Part shown: positions 1-10,200 of the stretch, in pieces | Layout of the letters: each line of letters starts with the position of its first letter | Position numbering within the stretch: the first letter of the stretch is position 1 | Source of the DNA: Tubulanus polymorphus | Taxonomy: Eukaryota; Animalia; Nemertea | NCBI RefSeq assembly: GCF_964204645.1 | Contig: NC_134031.1 | Location: 9,362,001 to 9,426,000, forward strand | Length of the DNA: 64,000 nucleotides | Reading direction: 5' to 3' | The notes under the pieces: model-generated | The model's database searches: none | The model's input: the letters and a program-made list of their open reading frames with translations, nothing else | What the model was told of the DNA's origin: nothing | Translations under genes and position numbers: made by a program

Positions 1-339
1 ATTTGTCTTTTTTGATTCAATATCATATGTTGTAGAGGGTATATTATAAGATACATATCCTGTTACATCTTCTATTTTATATTCAATATCATTCTTATCT
101 TCTATTTTATATTCAATATCATTCTTATCTTCTATTTTAGGTTCAATATTATCTTCTATTTTAGGTTCAATATTATCTTCTATTTTTGTTTCAATATTCT
201 GAACTATTTTACTTATTCTATATTTGAATTGATTAAAGTAATCTCCAAAATACTTACTGTATTCATCATAAGGTAATATATAATATATATCTGATATCAT
301 TTCACTTGGAGATTGTATTTCATATATTCCACCTTCCAT
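1..339 (-). CDS. Polinton ORF of unknown function with acidic tandem repeats (3'-truncated by the window)
   Basis: Manual translation from the ATG at 339 (TAAATG context): MEGGIYEIQSPSEMISDIYYILPYDEYSKYFGDYFNQFKYRISKIVQNIETKIEDNIEPKIEDNIEPKIEDKNDIEYKIEDKNDIEYKIEDVT..., open to position 1. Not in the ORF track. Confidence 0.7.
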   Translation of the reverse strand, partial: MEGGIYEIQSPSEMISDIYYILPYDEYSKYFGDYFNQFKYRISKIVQNIETKIEDNIEPKIEDNIEPKIEDKNDIEYKIEDKNDIEYKIEDVTGYVSYNIPSTTYDIESKKTN

Positions 340-371
340 TTAATATAAGATTTTTTATTAAAGTTAAAATT

Positions 372-1619
372 TTAATACATAACACTATCTAATTGTGAAT
401 TTACAATATTTAATTGCGCGTCAGATATAATATAAATGTGCATTTTAAAATTTTTGATTCCCTTTTTCTTTGTCATTAATAATTGTATTCCATCTTTTGT
501 ATTTTGTAATTTTTTCCCAGAACCATGTAATAAGTTATCTTCAGTTGTTCTAAAATCTAACCATAATGCATATTTATTACCGGTATAATAATCAATTTGA
601 TTAATATTACAATTTTCAAATGATTTTATTTTTTCATTCATAAAATGTTTTTTAATTTCTACCCATTGATCAATCATTCTCATTCCTTGACAAAATATTT
701 TATTCGCTATTCCTTCGATAGTTATTTCTACTTTTGTTATTTCAGGATTATAATAATTATCAACATTTATTGCGCCATTAGTATACGTTCCAATGGTAAA
801 AAATATTAATATACCTTTAATAGATCTTCTAGGGAAGTTAATATTCTCATTAATTATTTCATCATTTGCATTAATAGTTACAGTTTTAAATTTATCAATA
901 TAATCATATAATAACGAAAACCCTTGATTGTATTGAGTTTGAATTGTTCTAGCAATATTTTCATCAGTTACTGTATCATATTCTAAACATATATTCGATA
1001 ATTTATAACTCATATCTTTATTAACGCTAGATAATACAATTTCATTTACAGGAGCAAATGTTATCTCAAATATAATATCTTCTTGAATTGCGTATTTATA
1101 TAAAGGTGCATTATTATTTATCAATTCAAAGTCTAATGGAATTTTATATTTGCTTCCATATATACTTTTTATCAATTTATCTACATCATTAGTTAATATT
1201 GCGCTATTAGCTTCTGATCTTAATTTATTTTGGTTTTCTGATTGAATTCCTTGAAATATCATATTATTTCTATTTTCTTTAGTTAACCATAAATCTTTAT
1301 AATGCATAAATAAATTATAATCATCTAATGAGAAAACTGTTTCTGGACCAATCTTTATTGTTAACTTTTTAATCAAATACCTTCCAACATTATCAACGAC
1401 ATAATTATTATTATTACCGATTACTTTTATATCAGCTGATAAATAAATACTATTTGGAACATAAAAAGTATTTTGTGTTAATCTAGGAATTCTAACGTAT
1501 AAAGTTTCATCGGGATTAATATTTGAAGGGTTATGAGTAACTATATGATGTGATCTTTCTGCTTTAATAGCATTAGCTATTCTAGAAATCTTAGAAGTAC
1601 TTATATAACTCCCACTCAT
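372..1619 (-). CDS. Major capsid protein (double jelly-roll, hexon-like)
   Basis: 415 aa, intact. N-terminal HNPSNINPDETLYVRIP and C-terminal KYALWLDFRTTEDNLLHGSG...YIISDAQLNI motifs resemble invertebrate Polinton MCPs; size and context fit. Confidence 0.82.
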   Translation of the reverse strand: MSGSYISTSKISRIANAIKAERSHHIVTHNPSNINPDETLYVRIPRLTQNTFYVPNSIYLSADIKVIGNNNNYVVDNVGRYLIKKLTIKIGPETVFSLDDYNLFMHYKDLWLTKENRNNMIFQGIQSENQNKLRSEANSAILTNDVDKLIKSIYGSKYKIPLDFELINNNAPLYKYAIQEDIIFEITFAPVNEIVLSSVNKDMSYKLSNICLEYDTVTDENIARTIQTQYNQGFSLLYDYIDKFKTVTINANDEIINENINFPRRSIKGILIFFTIGTYTNGAINVDNYYNPEITKVEITIEGIANKIFCQGMRMIDQWVEIKKHFMNEKIKSFENCNINQIDYYTGNKYALWLDFRTTEDNLLHGSGKKLQNTKDGIQLLMTKKKGIKNFKMHIYIISDAQLNIVNSQLDSVMY

Positions 1620-1664
1620 TTATTTAACAAAAAAAATTAATTATTTATTTTTTGATATCATGGT

Positions 1665-3128
1665 TTACTTGATATTTTTTGATATCATATTTACTAAACC
1701 AAAAATAATAGCACTTACAACTGTAATTAAAAATAAAATAATATGTTCAGCAGCAAAGTTAATAATGTTTCCTGCAGATTTCAATATAAAACCAACAATT
1801 GATGCAATAACTCCTGGCAATGCTGCAGCAGATTTTTTAGATAGTTCCCATAAATATTTTGCTAATTTCTTTAAACCATCTTTAACTTTATCTTGTATAG
1901 AATTATTGCCTGGAGGTTTATCTGGTTTATTTGGAGTAGGAGTAGATTTCAAAGCATTTGATATTGCTAAACCAATTGTTGTAAATAACATAGTTACAGC
2001 TGTTAGAATTGAAAGAATTGTTATTCTTTCTAATTTAAATAATAACTTTATTCTATCTTTCAATGATATTTCAGAATTTGGTTTAATCAACAAATCTTTA
2101 AAAATAACTTTTAATCTATTAATATTATAATCATATGATTTTAATAATAATTTAATTTCTTCTTTTTGTAATTCTATGTTATATTCTAAATCATCTTTTT
2201 CTTTTTCTAAATATGCATTTCTTTTTTTAAATTCAATTTCTTCAATAACTTTATTATCTCTATCTAATTTTAGTTGTTCTATTTCTTTATTTTTATCAGT
2301 TAATTCTTTTTCTAAAGTTCTAATCTTAAAATCTCTTATACTTTTATCATGCGCAATTTTATCAGATGCAAGTCTTATACTAATAATTTCTCTAATTGCT
2401 TTATCAGAAAATATATCTAAATCTTCTAATTCTTGATCTGTTGCATCAAGTAACCCATTCGGTAAAAGTTTTTCAATTGGAACTTTATTTGATTTAAGTT
2501 TACTAGTTTTGGAAGTTATATTCTGTTCAGAAGTTGTTTCTGTTTCTAAATTATTATCGATTGTTTCAAATAATTCATTAATTCTTTGTTTAAATACTCT
2601 TTCATTTTTAATAATTTCTTCTTGTGTTACATCTTCTGGTTCATTACTATTTCTTATTCTTTTAATTCTAGATAGGTCTAACTTAAGCAAAGTTGATTCT
2701 GCTAATATTTTTTCTTGTTTTTTATAAGAGATATCAATATAATAATCATCTTTCAAACGATAATAATATTCACCATCTAAAAACTTTAATTCTTGTACTA
2801 AAAGTCTAGCGCCTCTGGTATTGATATTATATCCAGATTTTTCAAATATAGGTTTGAAATTATAAATATATTCATTATATTCTAAATTTTGTTTTACTAA
2901 ATCTGGATTTTCATTTTCAGTATTTATTCTCGATCTAGTTCTTCTATCAAATTCATCTGTTGATTGACCTTTAGAACCACTATCTGCTAAATTAGAATTA
3001 TATGCTGATTCATTATCATTATCAATATTAGTTTCATTAAAATCAGGTTGTGGTTCATCATCAATATATCCTTCATTATTATTTCCCATTTCTCCCATTT
3101 CATAATCTTCTCCACCTTCTACTTCCAT
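1665..3128 (-). CDS. Polinton coiled-coil protein with C-terminal hydrophobic/amphipathic helices (putative membrane-active virion protein)
   Basis: 487 aa with an acidic N-terminus, a long heptad region, then ITILSILTAVTMLFTTIGLAIS, a Pro linker, and AAALPGVIASIVGFIL...HIILFLITVVSAIIFGLV. A fragment of the same gene is present in copy 2. Confidence 0.75.
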   Translation of the reverse strand: MEVEGGEDYEMGEMGNNNEGYIDDEPQPDFNETNIDNDNESAYNSNLADSGSKGQSTDEFDRRTRSRINTENENPDLVKQNLEYNEYIYNFKPIFEKSGYNINTRGARLLVQELKFLDGEYYYRLKDDYYIDISYKKQEKILAESTLLKLDLSRIKRIRNSNEPEDVTQEEIIKNERVFKQRINELFETIDNNLETETTSEQNITSKTSKLKSNKVPIEKLLPNGLLDATDQELEDLDIFSDKAIREIISIRLASDKIAHDKSIRDFKIRTLEKELTDKNKEIEQLKLDRDNKVIEEIEFKKRNAYLEKEKDDLEYNIELQKEEIKLLLKSYDYNINRLKVIFKDLLIKPNSEISLKDRIKLLFKLERITILSILTAVTMLFTTIGLAISNALKSTPTPNKPDKPPGNNSIQDKVKDGLKKLAKYLWELSKKSAAALPGVIASIVGFILKSAGNIINFAAEHIILFLITVVSAIIFGLVNMISKNIK

Positions 3129-3144
3129 TTACATAATAAAAAAA

Positions 3145-4560
3145 TTAAAATTTAAAATATAATATTCCTCCGATTACAATTCCTATACAAGTTATAGCTA
3201 ATTTAGTATTTTCATGGGATTTATTATCATCATTTAGTTTAATTATATCATGTTGAATTTTATCAGTTCTATTATCACCGTGTGGGTGCCGTACGGCACC
3301 ATTTTCTGATGTATTGTAATCTTTTATTTTAGAATCATTATTTAATTTAATATTCTTAGTTTTAGTTTCAGTTGATTGAATGTGTTTTTTATTTTTTTCA
3401 CCTTCCATTAATTTTGGAGCAGTAATAATCTTTTTATTTATATCATTTAATCCAAATGAATTATTTATTGTTGCAGTTTTAATTAGATTATTATAACCAA
3501 TTATGTTTCCCATCTTTAATACTAAATCATTAGAAATAATTAATAGATTAGGGCCTATACAATAATTAAGTCTTACATGAGATTTATCTAAATAATTTTG
3601 ATATCTTATAATGTTTTCTGGAATCGATCTATTTTTATCATTATGAATTGAATCTTCAAATAAAACTTTAAATTGTTTTTGTGTATCAAAAGATGTATTC
3701 AAATTTCCAATTATCGGTGATCTTGTTTCAACTTGCGCACCTAAAATACATATCAAATAAGTTCTAATAGATTGATTTATTCTTTCTATACCTGATTTAG
3801 TAAAACCTTCACTATTCTCTAAAATAAAATATACCCAACCATTATTGTTTTCTTGTTTTAAATGATCATAAAATTTCGGTAATTTATTGAAATTTAATGT
3901 TTCTAAATCCTTTGTTTCTATTTTACCATAACCTAATTTATTATTATAGATATTATAAAAACTATTAGATGGTATGGGAAGTGCACAATATTCTGCAATC
4001 TTTTTAGGGCAAGGAAGTGATCTTATTGTTCCAATTTTTGTTCTAAAATCAGAATTATTTATATCTATATTAAATTCATTACAAATCCTATAAAACTTAG
4101 ATAAATTAATATTATTATCTAATTCTTTAAAATATCTAGATCCTGGTAAAGCGCACTCAAATTCATTTAATATTATTCTGATTTGAAAGTATGTATGAAA
4201 TCTAAATAAACTTTGAATTAATTTATATTTAGAATTATTCAAATGATCATTTCAACTAATTCCACATCCTGTTGTTGCACAATAAACAGCAAAATTTAAT
4301 TGATTCTGCCAATACTTCATATTAGATTTTAATAACCATTGTTTTTCATCTTTCAATTTTTTAAAATTAATTAAATATACATGAAATATATTTTCCATCT
4401 TTGCATTAAAATTATTAGTTTCAGTAACATAAATATATAAATCAATTAATGAATCTAAAACTTCATTTCTATATGTAATATCTTTATTAAAATCTATTGC
4501 TCGAATATTATATTTAATTGATTTATTATATCGGAAAGCTTTTGGAAAACTATCTACCAT
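3145..4560 (-). pseudogene. Conserved Polinton protein (~470 aa, C-terminal TM anchor) split by one in-frame TGA at 4252-4254
   Basis: ORFs 4252..4560 and 3145..4242 are in the same frame: WQNQLNFAVYCATTGCGIS*NDHLNNSKYKLIQSLFRFHTYFQIRIIL. Only the upstream part has an ATG in TAAATG context. Confidence 0.8.
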
Positions 4561-4577
4561 TTATATAATTAAAAAAA

Positions 4578-5012
4578 TTAATAATTTATTAATTCTTTTA
4601 ATAATTTATCTTGTTCTTCAACTGTTATATGACCATTTAAACTTATTATATAATCTAGTGTGTTCTTTAATTTATTAATTTCTTTTATATTAGATTTTAT
4701 TTTTTCTTTATTACTTTTTATATTTAATTTTGAACTTATACCAGTTAAAACACTTGAACTTAATCCTAACACACCAATTGATATAGCTAAAGGTGTTAAT
4801 GGACTGAATATTGCTAGAAATGTTATTACAGAACTAATTGTAACAGAACCACTTATAATCAAATAATATATAATTTTACTTTTTAAATATTTTTTCTTTT
4901 TAACTTTTAAGTCACTTTCAAATTCTAATATTTGTTTTTCTAAATATGTTTTTAATTTAGTTTTATTTATATCATGAGGAATAATATCAATACTATCAAC
5001 TTTATCTTCCAT
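4578..5012 (-). CDS. Two-TM membrane protein (probable start MEDKVDSID at 5012)
   Basis: Two hydrophobic helices (IIYYLIISGSVTISSVITFLAIF / LAISIGVLGLSSSVLTGIS) flanked by charged helices. The ATG at 5012 follows the T-tract intergenic motif. Confidence 0.7.
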   Translation of the reverse strand: MEDKVDSIDIIPHDINKTKLKTYLEKQILEFESDLKVKKKKYLKSKIIYYLIISGSVTISSVITFLAIFSPLTPLAISIGVLGLSSSVLTGISSKLNIKSNKEKIKSNIKEINKLKNTLDYIISLNGHITVEEQDKLLKELINY

Positions 5013-5031
5013 TTTTTTAGAATAAAAATTA

Positions 5032-5454
5032 CTAATTAGTAAATTTATAAGCAACAAATATAACAATAACTGTTCCACCTAAAATCCATATTATTTCATA
5101 TTTCTGTTGTTCTTTACTTGGGGTATAATAATCTGATAATTTGGGTTTGTATAGATGTAATTTTTCTTTATTTGTTACTGCGTTATATAAACTCATTGCA
5201 TCATCAACTGATTGAAAATCTCTATGTGAAATCTTCTGATTATATAATTCTTTATTGATGTAATCCATATAGTTTTGCCTCTTTTCTCTATATTCTTCTG
5301 CAGCTTTATTATATTTCTCTAACGCTAAGTTATGTCTTCTTTGTTCTCCTAATGAACTATTTTTATCAATATGTTTAAATAAATAACCGCCACCAGTAAA
5401 TGCCAAAGCGTTAACAATTGCCGATCCTATAATAGTTATAATTGCAGAAGCCAT
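5032..5454 (-). CDS. Small Polinton protein with N-terminal hydrophobic segment and C-terminal TM
   Basis: 140 aa: MASAIITIIGSAIVNALAFTGGGYLF...EQRRHNLALEKY...IIWILGGTVIVIFVAYKF. TAAATG start. Confidence 0.75.
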   Translation of the reverse strand: MASAIITIIGSAIVNALAFTGGGYLFKHIDKNSSLGEQRRHNLALEKYNKAAEEYREKRQNYMDYINKELYNQKISHRDFQSVDDAMSLYNAVTNKEKLHLYKPKLSDYYTPSKEQQKYEIIWILGGTVIVIFVAYKFTN

Positions 5455-5478
5455 TTATTTAGCAAAAAAATTATGCAT

Positions 5479-5700
5479 TTATATGGGAGGAATATATTTT
5501 TGTTTTTCCAAATAATCAATTGTTAAATTAGATAAAGTAACTGCTAATGTTAATTTTAGAATATCATTTATATCAAATCTATCAACATTAACACTTCCCA
5601 TTTTGAATACTTTTTTTAATACCATTGAATAACCAACCGTTCCAACTGATAGTAAGGCACCATTATATAATCCAGTTATTATCCACTTATTATCACTCAT
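5479..5700 (-). CDS. Small hydrophobic Polinton protein
   Basis: 73 aa with two hydrophobic segments, ending DYLEKQKYIP. TAAATG start overlapping the upstream stop (ATGA). Confidence 0.7.
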   Translation of the reverse strand: MSDNKWIITGLYNGALLSVGTVGYSMVLKKVFKMGSVNVDRFDINDILKLTLAVTLSNLTIDYLEKQKYIPPI

Positions 5701-6056
5701 TTATTTATCAAAAAATTACTATCTTCAAAATATTTAGTTATCTTATTTATGATTATTTCAACATTTATTTCATTACTAGTTTCATTTGTATATATTTCAA
5801 TTATTATTTTTTTAATATCATCGATGATAAAATCTTCATCTAATTCATAAAATCTTAAAGATTCTCTAATTAAATTAGTAATCTTTTCTACATTTAAAGT
5901 TTCTTTATCTATTGTTGTTTCATACTCAAATGTTGTTTCATTAGAAAATGCAATATTTTTAATATGTGTAATTACATCATTAATGTTAAATTGCATTTCT
6001 TTCTCACGTTTAAAATCAAATCCAAAACATATACTCGGTCCAACAGTTATATTCAT
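5697..6056 (-). CDS. Hypothetical Polinton protein
   Basis: 119 aa, TAAATG start, tightly packed in the gene array. Confidence 0.6.
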   Translation of the reverse strand: MNITVGPSICFGFDFKREKEMQFNINDVITHIKNIAFSNETTFEYETTIDKETLNVEKITNLIRESLRFYELDEDFIIDDIKKIIIEIYTNETSNEINVEIIINKITKYFEDSNFLINK

Positions 6057-6072
6057 TTATATATCAAAAAAA

Positions 6073-6827
6073 TTACTCTCTACATCTTATAACTAATTCA
6101 TATATCACAGGAAAGTTATTTAAATCAATTAAGTATCCATTATGATTTCTTATTTCTAATTTAAAATTATTAAATTTAGGAATGCAAGGTTTAAAATCAC
6201 ATTCTGTTAAATTATAATTTATTTGAGTTCCAAATTGTTTAACATTTTTAGCGGTAAAATATTTAGTATACTAGAACTACAAATTGTTTCTTTAGTTGCT
6301 TCGAATGTTTTTGTAGGATCGATTAAATTGCAATAAATATAAAAGTGTGTAAAAGGTATTATATTTGAGCTGCCTTCTGCGTTTCCAGTAACTGTAAGTG
6401 GTTTAATTCCTAACATTTTAGCCAGTGGTTTGTTTACCATAAATTTATGTTGTTCATTAGATATTTTTATTCTTATTTTATTAGTACTATCAATTTTATT
6501 AAATTTAATTTCAAATACAGAAGTGCCCCCGATTTTCAACCGAGCTCTTCTATTAATTTCCTGCGCTAATGATTCTAAATTATATAATCCTGGTTTTAAA
6601 AATATATGAAACCATTTATCTTTATTTCTCATATAAATCATAAACCCTCTATGTTCAAAAGTTTTATCTGATATATTATAAAAAGAATTACATAAACTTA
6701 TATTAACTAATTTTAAATCTACACAATTCTTAAATTCTCTATCTAATTGAACTAGTAAATTATGAGATTTATAATTTGTAAGCCTTCTAGAATCTACAAA
6801 TATTCTGTATTCTTTTAATTCTACCAT
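6073..6827 (-). pseudogene. Minor capsid protein (penton, single jelly-roll) with a 1-nt frameshift at ~6245-6249
   Basis: Motifs NSFYNIS, PGLYNLESL, LAKMLG and YIYCNLI are present. Adding one A to the A5 run extends the frame to NVKQFGTQINY...KLEIRNHNGYLIDLNNFPVIYELVIRCRE*, a typical penton C-terminus. Confidence 0.78.
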
Positions 6828-6844
6828 TTATTTTACATATTTTC

Positions 6845-7186
6845 TTATTCGAAATCTATTTTATGGTGCCCTTTTTCATTCTTACCTTTATATACGAAAT
6901 AGAAATCTCCAGAACATAATTCTTCTAGATCTTCACTTGATAATCTATGAAATCTATCTGGTAAATATGTTCTGAATTTATATGTATTTCCTTTTAATCC
7001 TTCATATTCTAAATGAATTACTAATTTATCTCCATATTTATTAGTAATTGTTTCAATGTTAGTAATTAAATATTTCTTGTGAATTGTTAACTCAGTTAGT
7101 TTTTTAAATTTATAATCTACAGATTTGACGCTTGAAGTATCTTTAATTCTATCTAAGAATTCACTGTGTACTTGTTTACTCTCCAT
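6845..7186 (-). CDS. Small PolB-adjacent protein, putative OB-fold ssDNA-binding protein
   Basis: 113 aa, beta-rich pattern KKLTEL...TNKYGDKLVIHL...YLPDRF. A clear homolog lies at 33482-33809. The SSB function is inferred. Confidence 0.6.
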   Translation of the reverse strand: MESKQVHSEFLDRIKDTSSVKSVDYKFKKLTELTIHKKYLITNIETITNKYGDKLVIHLEYEGLKGNTYKFRTYLPDRFHRLSSEDLEELCSGDFYFVYKGKNEKGHHKIDFE

Positions 7187-7214
7187 TTATTATACAAATT
7201 TTTATTGAAATTTA

Positions 7215-10200
7215 TTAACACGCTAGAATCCTTTTCATAATCTCATTTTCTTTTGTTTCTTCTCTTTTGAATTTTATATATTCATCTAAATTGCAACCAT
7301 AGGCGACTGTGTGGATTCCATCATCTAAAATATATCTTTTATCATCAAATGGGTTAAGACTTATCTTCTCTATCTCTTCAATATACATTTCATGATCTTC
7401 AGATCTTAAACATTTCATCTTATGTTTTCTAACTTCTTCATTAAATATACAATTGATGTAATCTTTGAAATGAATATTCTTTTCTACTACACTTTTTGTT
7501 ATTCCTTTTAACTTTTTAGCTTCATGTTCTTTAGTTTTATATGAATACATTTTAGATCGAATACCTATGAATTCAATCATTTCTTCACCACCTAATTCAT
7601 CTTTGAATTTACCGGGAACTTTTTTATTATCATTGGTAAACAATTCATGATCTTTAGGATAGTTACTAAAATCAAAATGATGTTTTAATGTTTTTAAATC
7701 ATCTGTTATATTATTAGTTTTTATCTTTAATATGTAACTGTCAGTATCAAAATATAAGATTTCTATATGCTTTTCTCCAAAATGAGGTTGTAATACATTA
7801 TAATAGAATTCATACATCAATAGCTTTGAAATGTCTAAAACTGCAGCTCCAACATAAATTGGTTTATTAAATTTCATTGAAGTTCTTCTCATCTTAACTG
7901 CTGCTAAATTTTCATCAAATATTCTGTTACCTATAAACTTAGGATATGATTGTAAATGCCTTATCCTTTTACCATTACTAACTAACTCAATATCATTTCT
8001 ATTTCTAATATTTTCACAAGTCTTACCATAGAACGCATTGTTCATTAACTTAAAAAAATCTTTTTCAAAATCAGTTTTAGATTTAGTTCTCTGTGTAGTA
8101 TTAAAATCTATATATTTTTCTAACCATTTAGATTGACTGAATGAAATATATCTATGTACTTTTTTTAATATCATTCCTTGTCTCAAATAAAACTTCAACA
8201 TTCTATAATGCACAACGTAATTATATTTATCTTCTTGAGTTACCATTAACTTTTCAGTATGAATATGATTATCGGGTTTAATTCTTTTTTGATAATTTGA
8301 TAATTCTTCATGTTTAACAGTTTTATGTTCGGGACAATATGCTAGATTTCTAGATTTGAATTTAATATTTTCAGGATATTCTAAATCTACAACAAAGAAG
8401 TAACCAGTATCTGAATCATCTGCAATATCTAGAATTCTTTTCTTCCAATCAAATTTATCAATTTGTAAAACTTCAGTTATTTCAAACATCCCATAAGGTT
8501 GTGGTTCCATCATTGCCCAACCATAAAGATTATTTGCATCTATGTATAATAATTTATATCCAGGATTATCATTTACATTGAAATATGTATCACCTAATAC
8601 ACCTGAAACACCTCCTCTTATAGATTTTTCAAATAATAGTAATTGATCTATATTTGTTAACAAATCCATTTTTATATCTGTAAATTTTAATCCACAATCC
8701 CATGTTAATCCTGGTGATGAATAACAATGACAAGGATCAATGTTAAAATATTTTAGGTTTACATCTCTAAACCTTTCGAATATATCGGTTAATAATAATA
8801 CATCTGATTTTAAATATAAATCTACTAATTGCCCATGATTTTCTATTTTGAAATGATTCCAAATATTCAATGTTCTATTATATACTTCATCTTTAACATA
8901 TTCATTTTTTAATTCATCATAAAATTGTTCTTTTAATAATTCAGTTATTTTAAAATCATAATGATTTTTATAGAAAGAATATGGAATTGCTCCTTTATAT
9001 CTCATTAATTGAAAATCATCATTATTTGGGTAATATTCTTTTAATATCTTTAATTCGTCATCAACTAATGATTTTGATAAGTTATCTAATGAACTACTTA
9101 AAAATCTATATGAATCTATAAATCTTAAGCATCCAAATTGGAAAGATATATAATTCTCAGATGTTTTAGCTAACATTCTAAATTTATAAGTTGGTATTTT
9201 ATCTTTTGATCTATTTGAATTTAATATTTCTATTTCATTATTGATTTCTTCTATTTTATGACATAACTGTTTGATGAATAAATGCGCGTCATACCCCGAT
9301 AGATTATGAAATTGTAAGTTACAATTCTCATGTGCCGCGCCTCTAAACTTTCCATTCAAATGATCATGGTCTCTTACTTTTTTATCTTTATAATTAAATA
9401 TCTTTTCACAATAATAACATTTATCTGCAAACTCAAATTCTTCTTTATCTTCTTCTGTCATAATTATTTCTTTATTTGTATTCAATAATTTACTAAATCT
9501 TATTTCATATTCAATTAATAAGTCACAAAAATGATTGATAACATTTTCATTTCTATAATTATAATATTCACTTTCGATTAGTTCTGGATAATTAGATTTA
9601 ATATATAACCCGAAAGCTGCAGCTGATTGATGAATCTTTTTAATAGTATTTGTTATTGGTGGTTCATCTGAATAATCACTTTCATTAGAATTTAATTTCT
9701 TTCTTTTATAATATATATCTTTTCTATCTTTATCTGTTAATTCTTTATTTAATGATTCAAAATCTCCATATATTACAAATGGTACTTTATTTTTGTAATC
9801 ATATTTTTTGAATTCTAATATTTTATCCTTTTCATTTGGTAAAACTAATTTACAATAATCATGATTATCACATAGTTGTTTATGATTTAATAATGCACCT
9901 TCAGTTCTGAATTTATGTAAACATTTTCTACATAGATATATTTTATTATCAAAATCATTTTCTGATTTAAAAAATAAATCGATTTGTTTAATCCACATGT
10001 AATGATTCTCATAATATAGTATATCTATAACATCATTTGAATCATAATCTTTTGATAGGTATAAAGGTACTAATGTATAATGTTTAATATTATTTCCTTT
10101 TGTATTTGGTAATTTGATTAAATCAAATACATTTATCTTTATATTATTATCTCTTTCTATTTTTGGGATGTTTTTAATTCTAACAGGATACTTATCTATC

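Noticed and set aside
4252-4254. Alternative genetic code (TGA=Trp) for the element
   Set aside because: It is a single case. Other viral ORFs contain standard Trp codons, and TGA serves as a stop at 5697.
1660-5843. Plus-strand ORFs (1660, 2176, 2509, 4660, 5625)
   Set aside because: They are antisense shadows of the AT-rich minus-strand viral genes.
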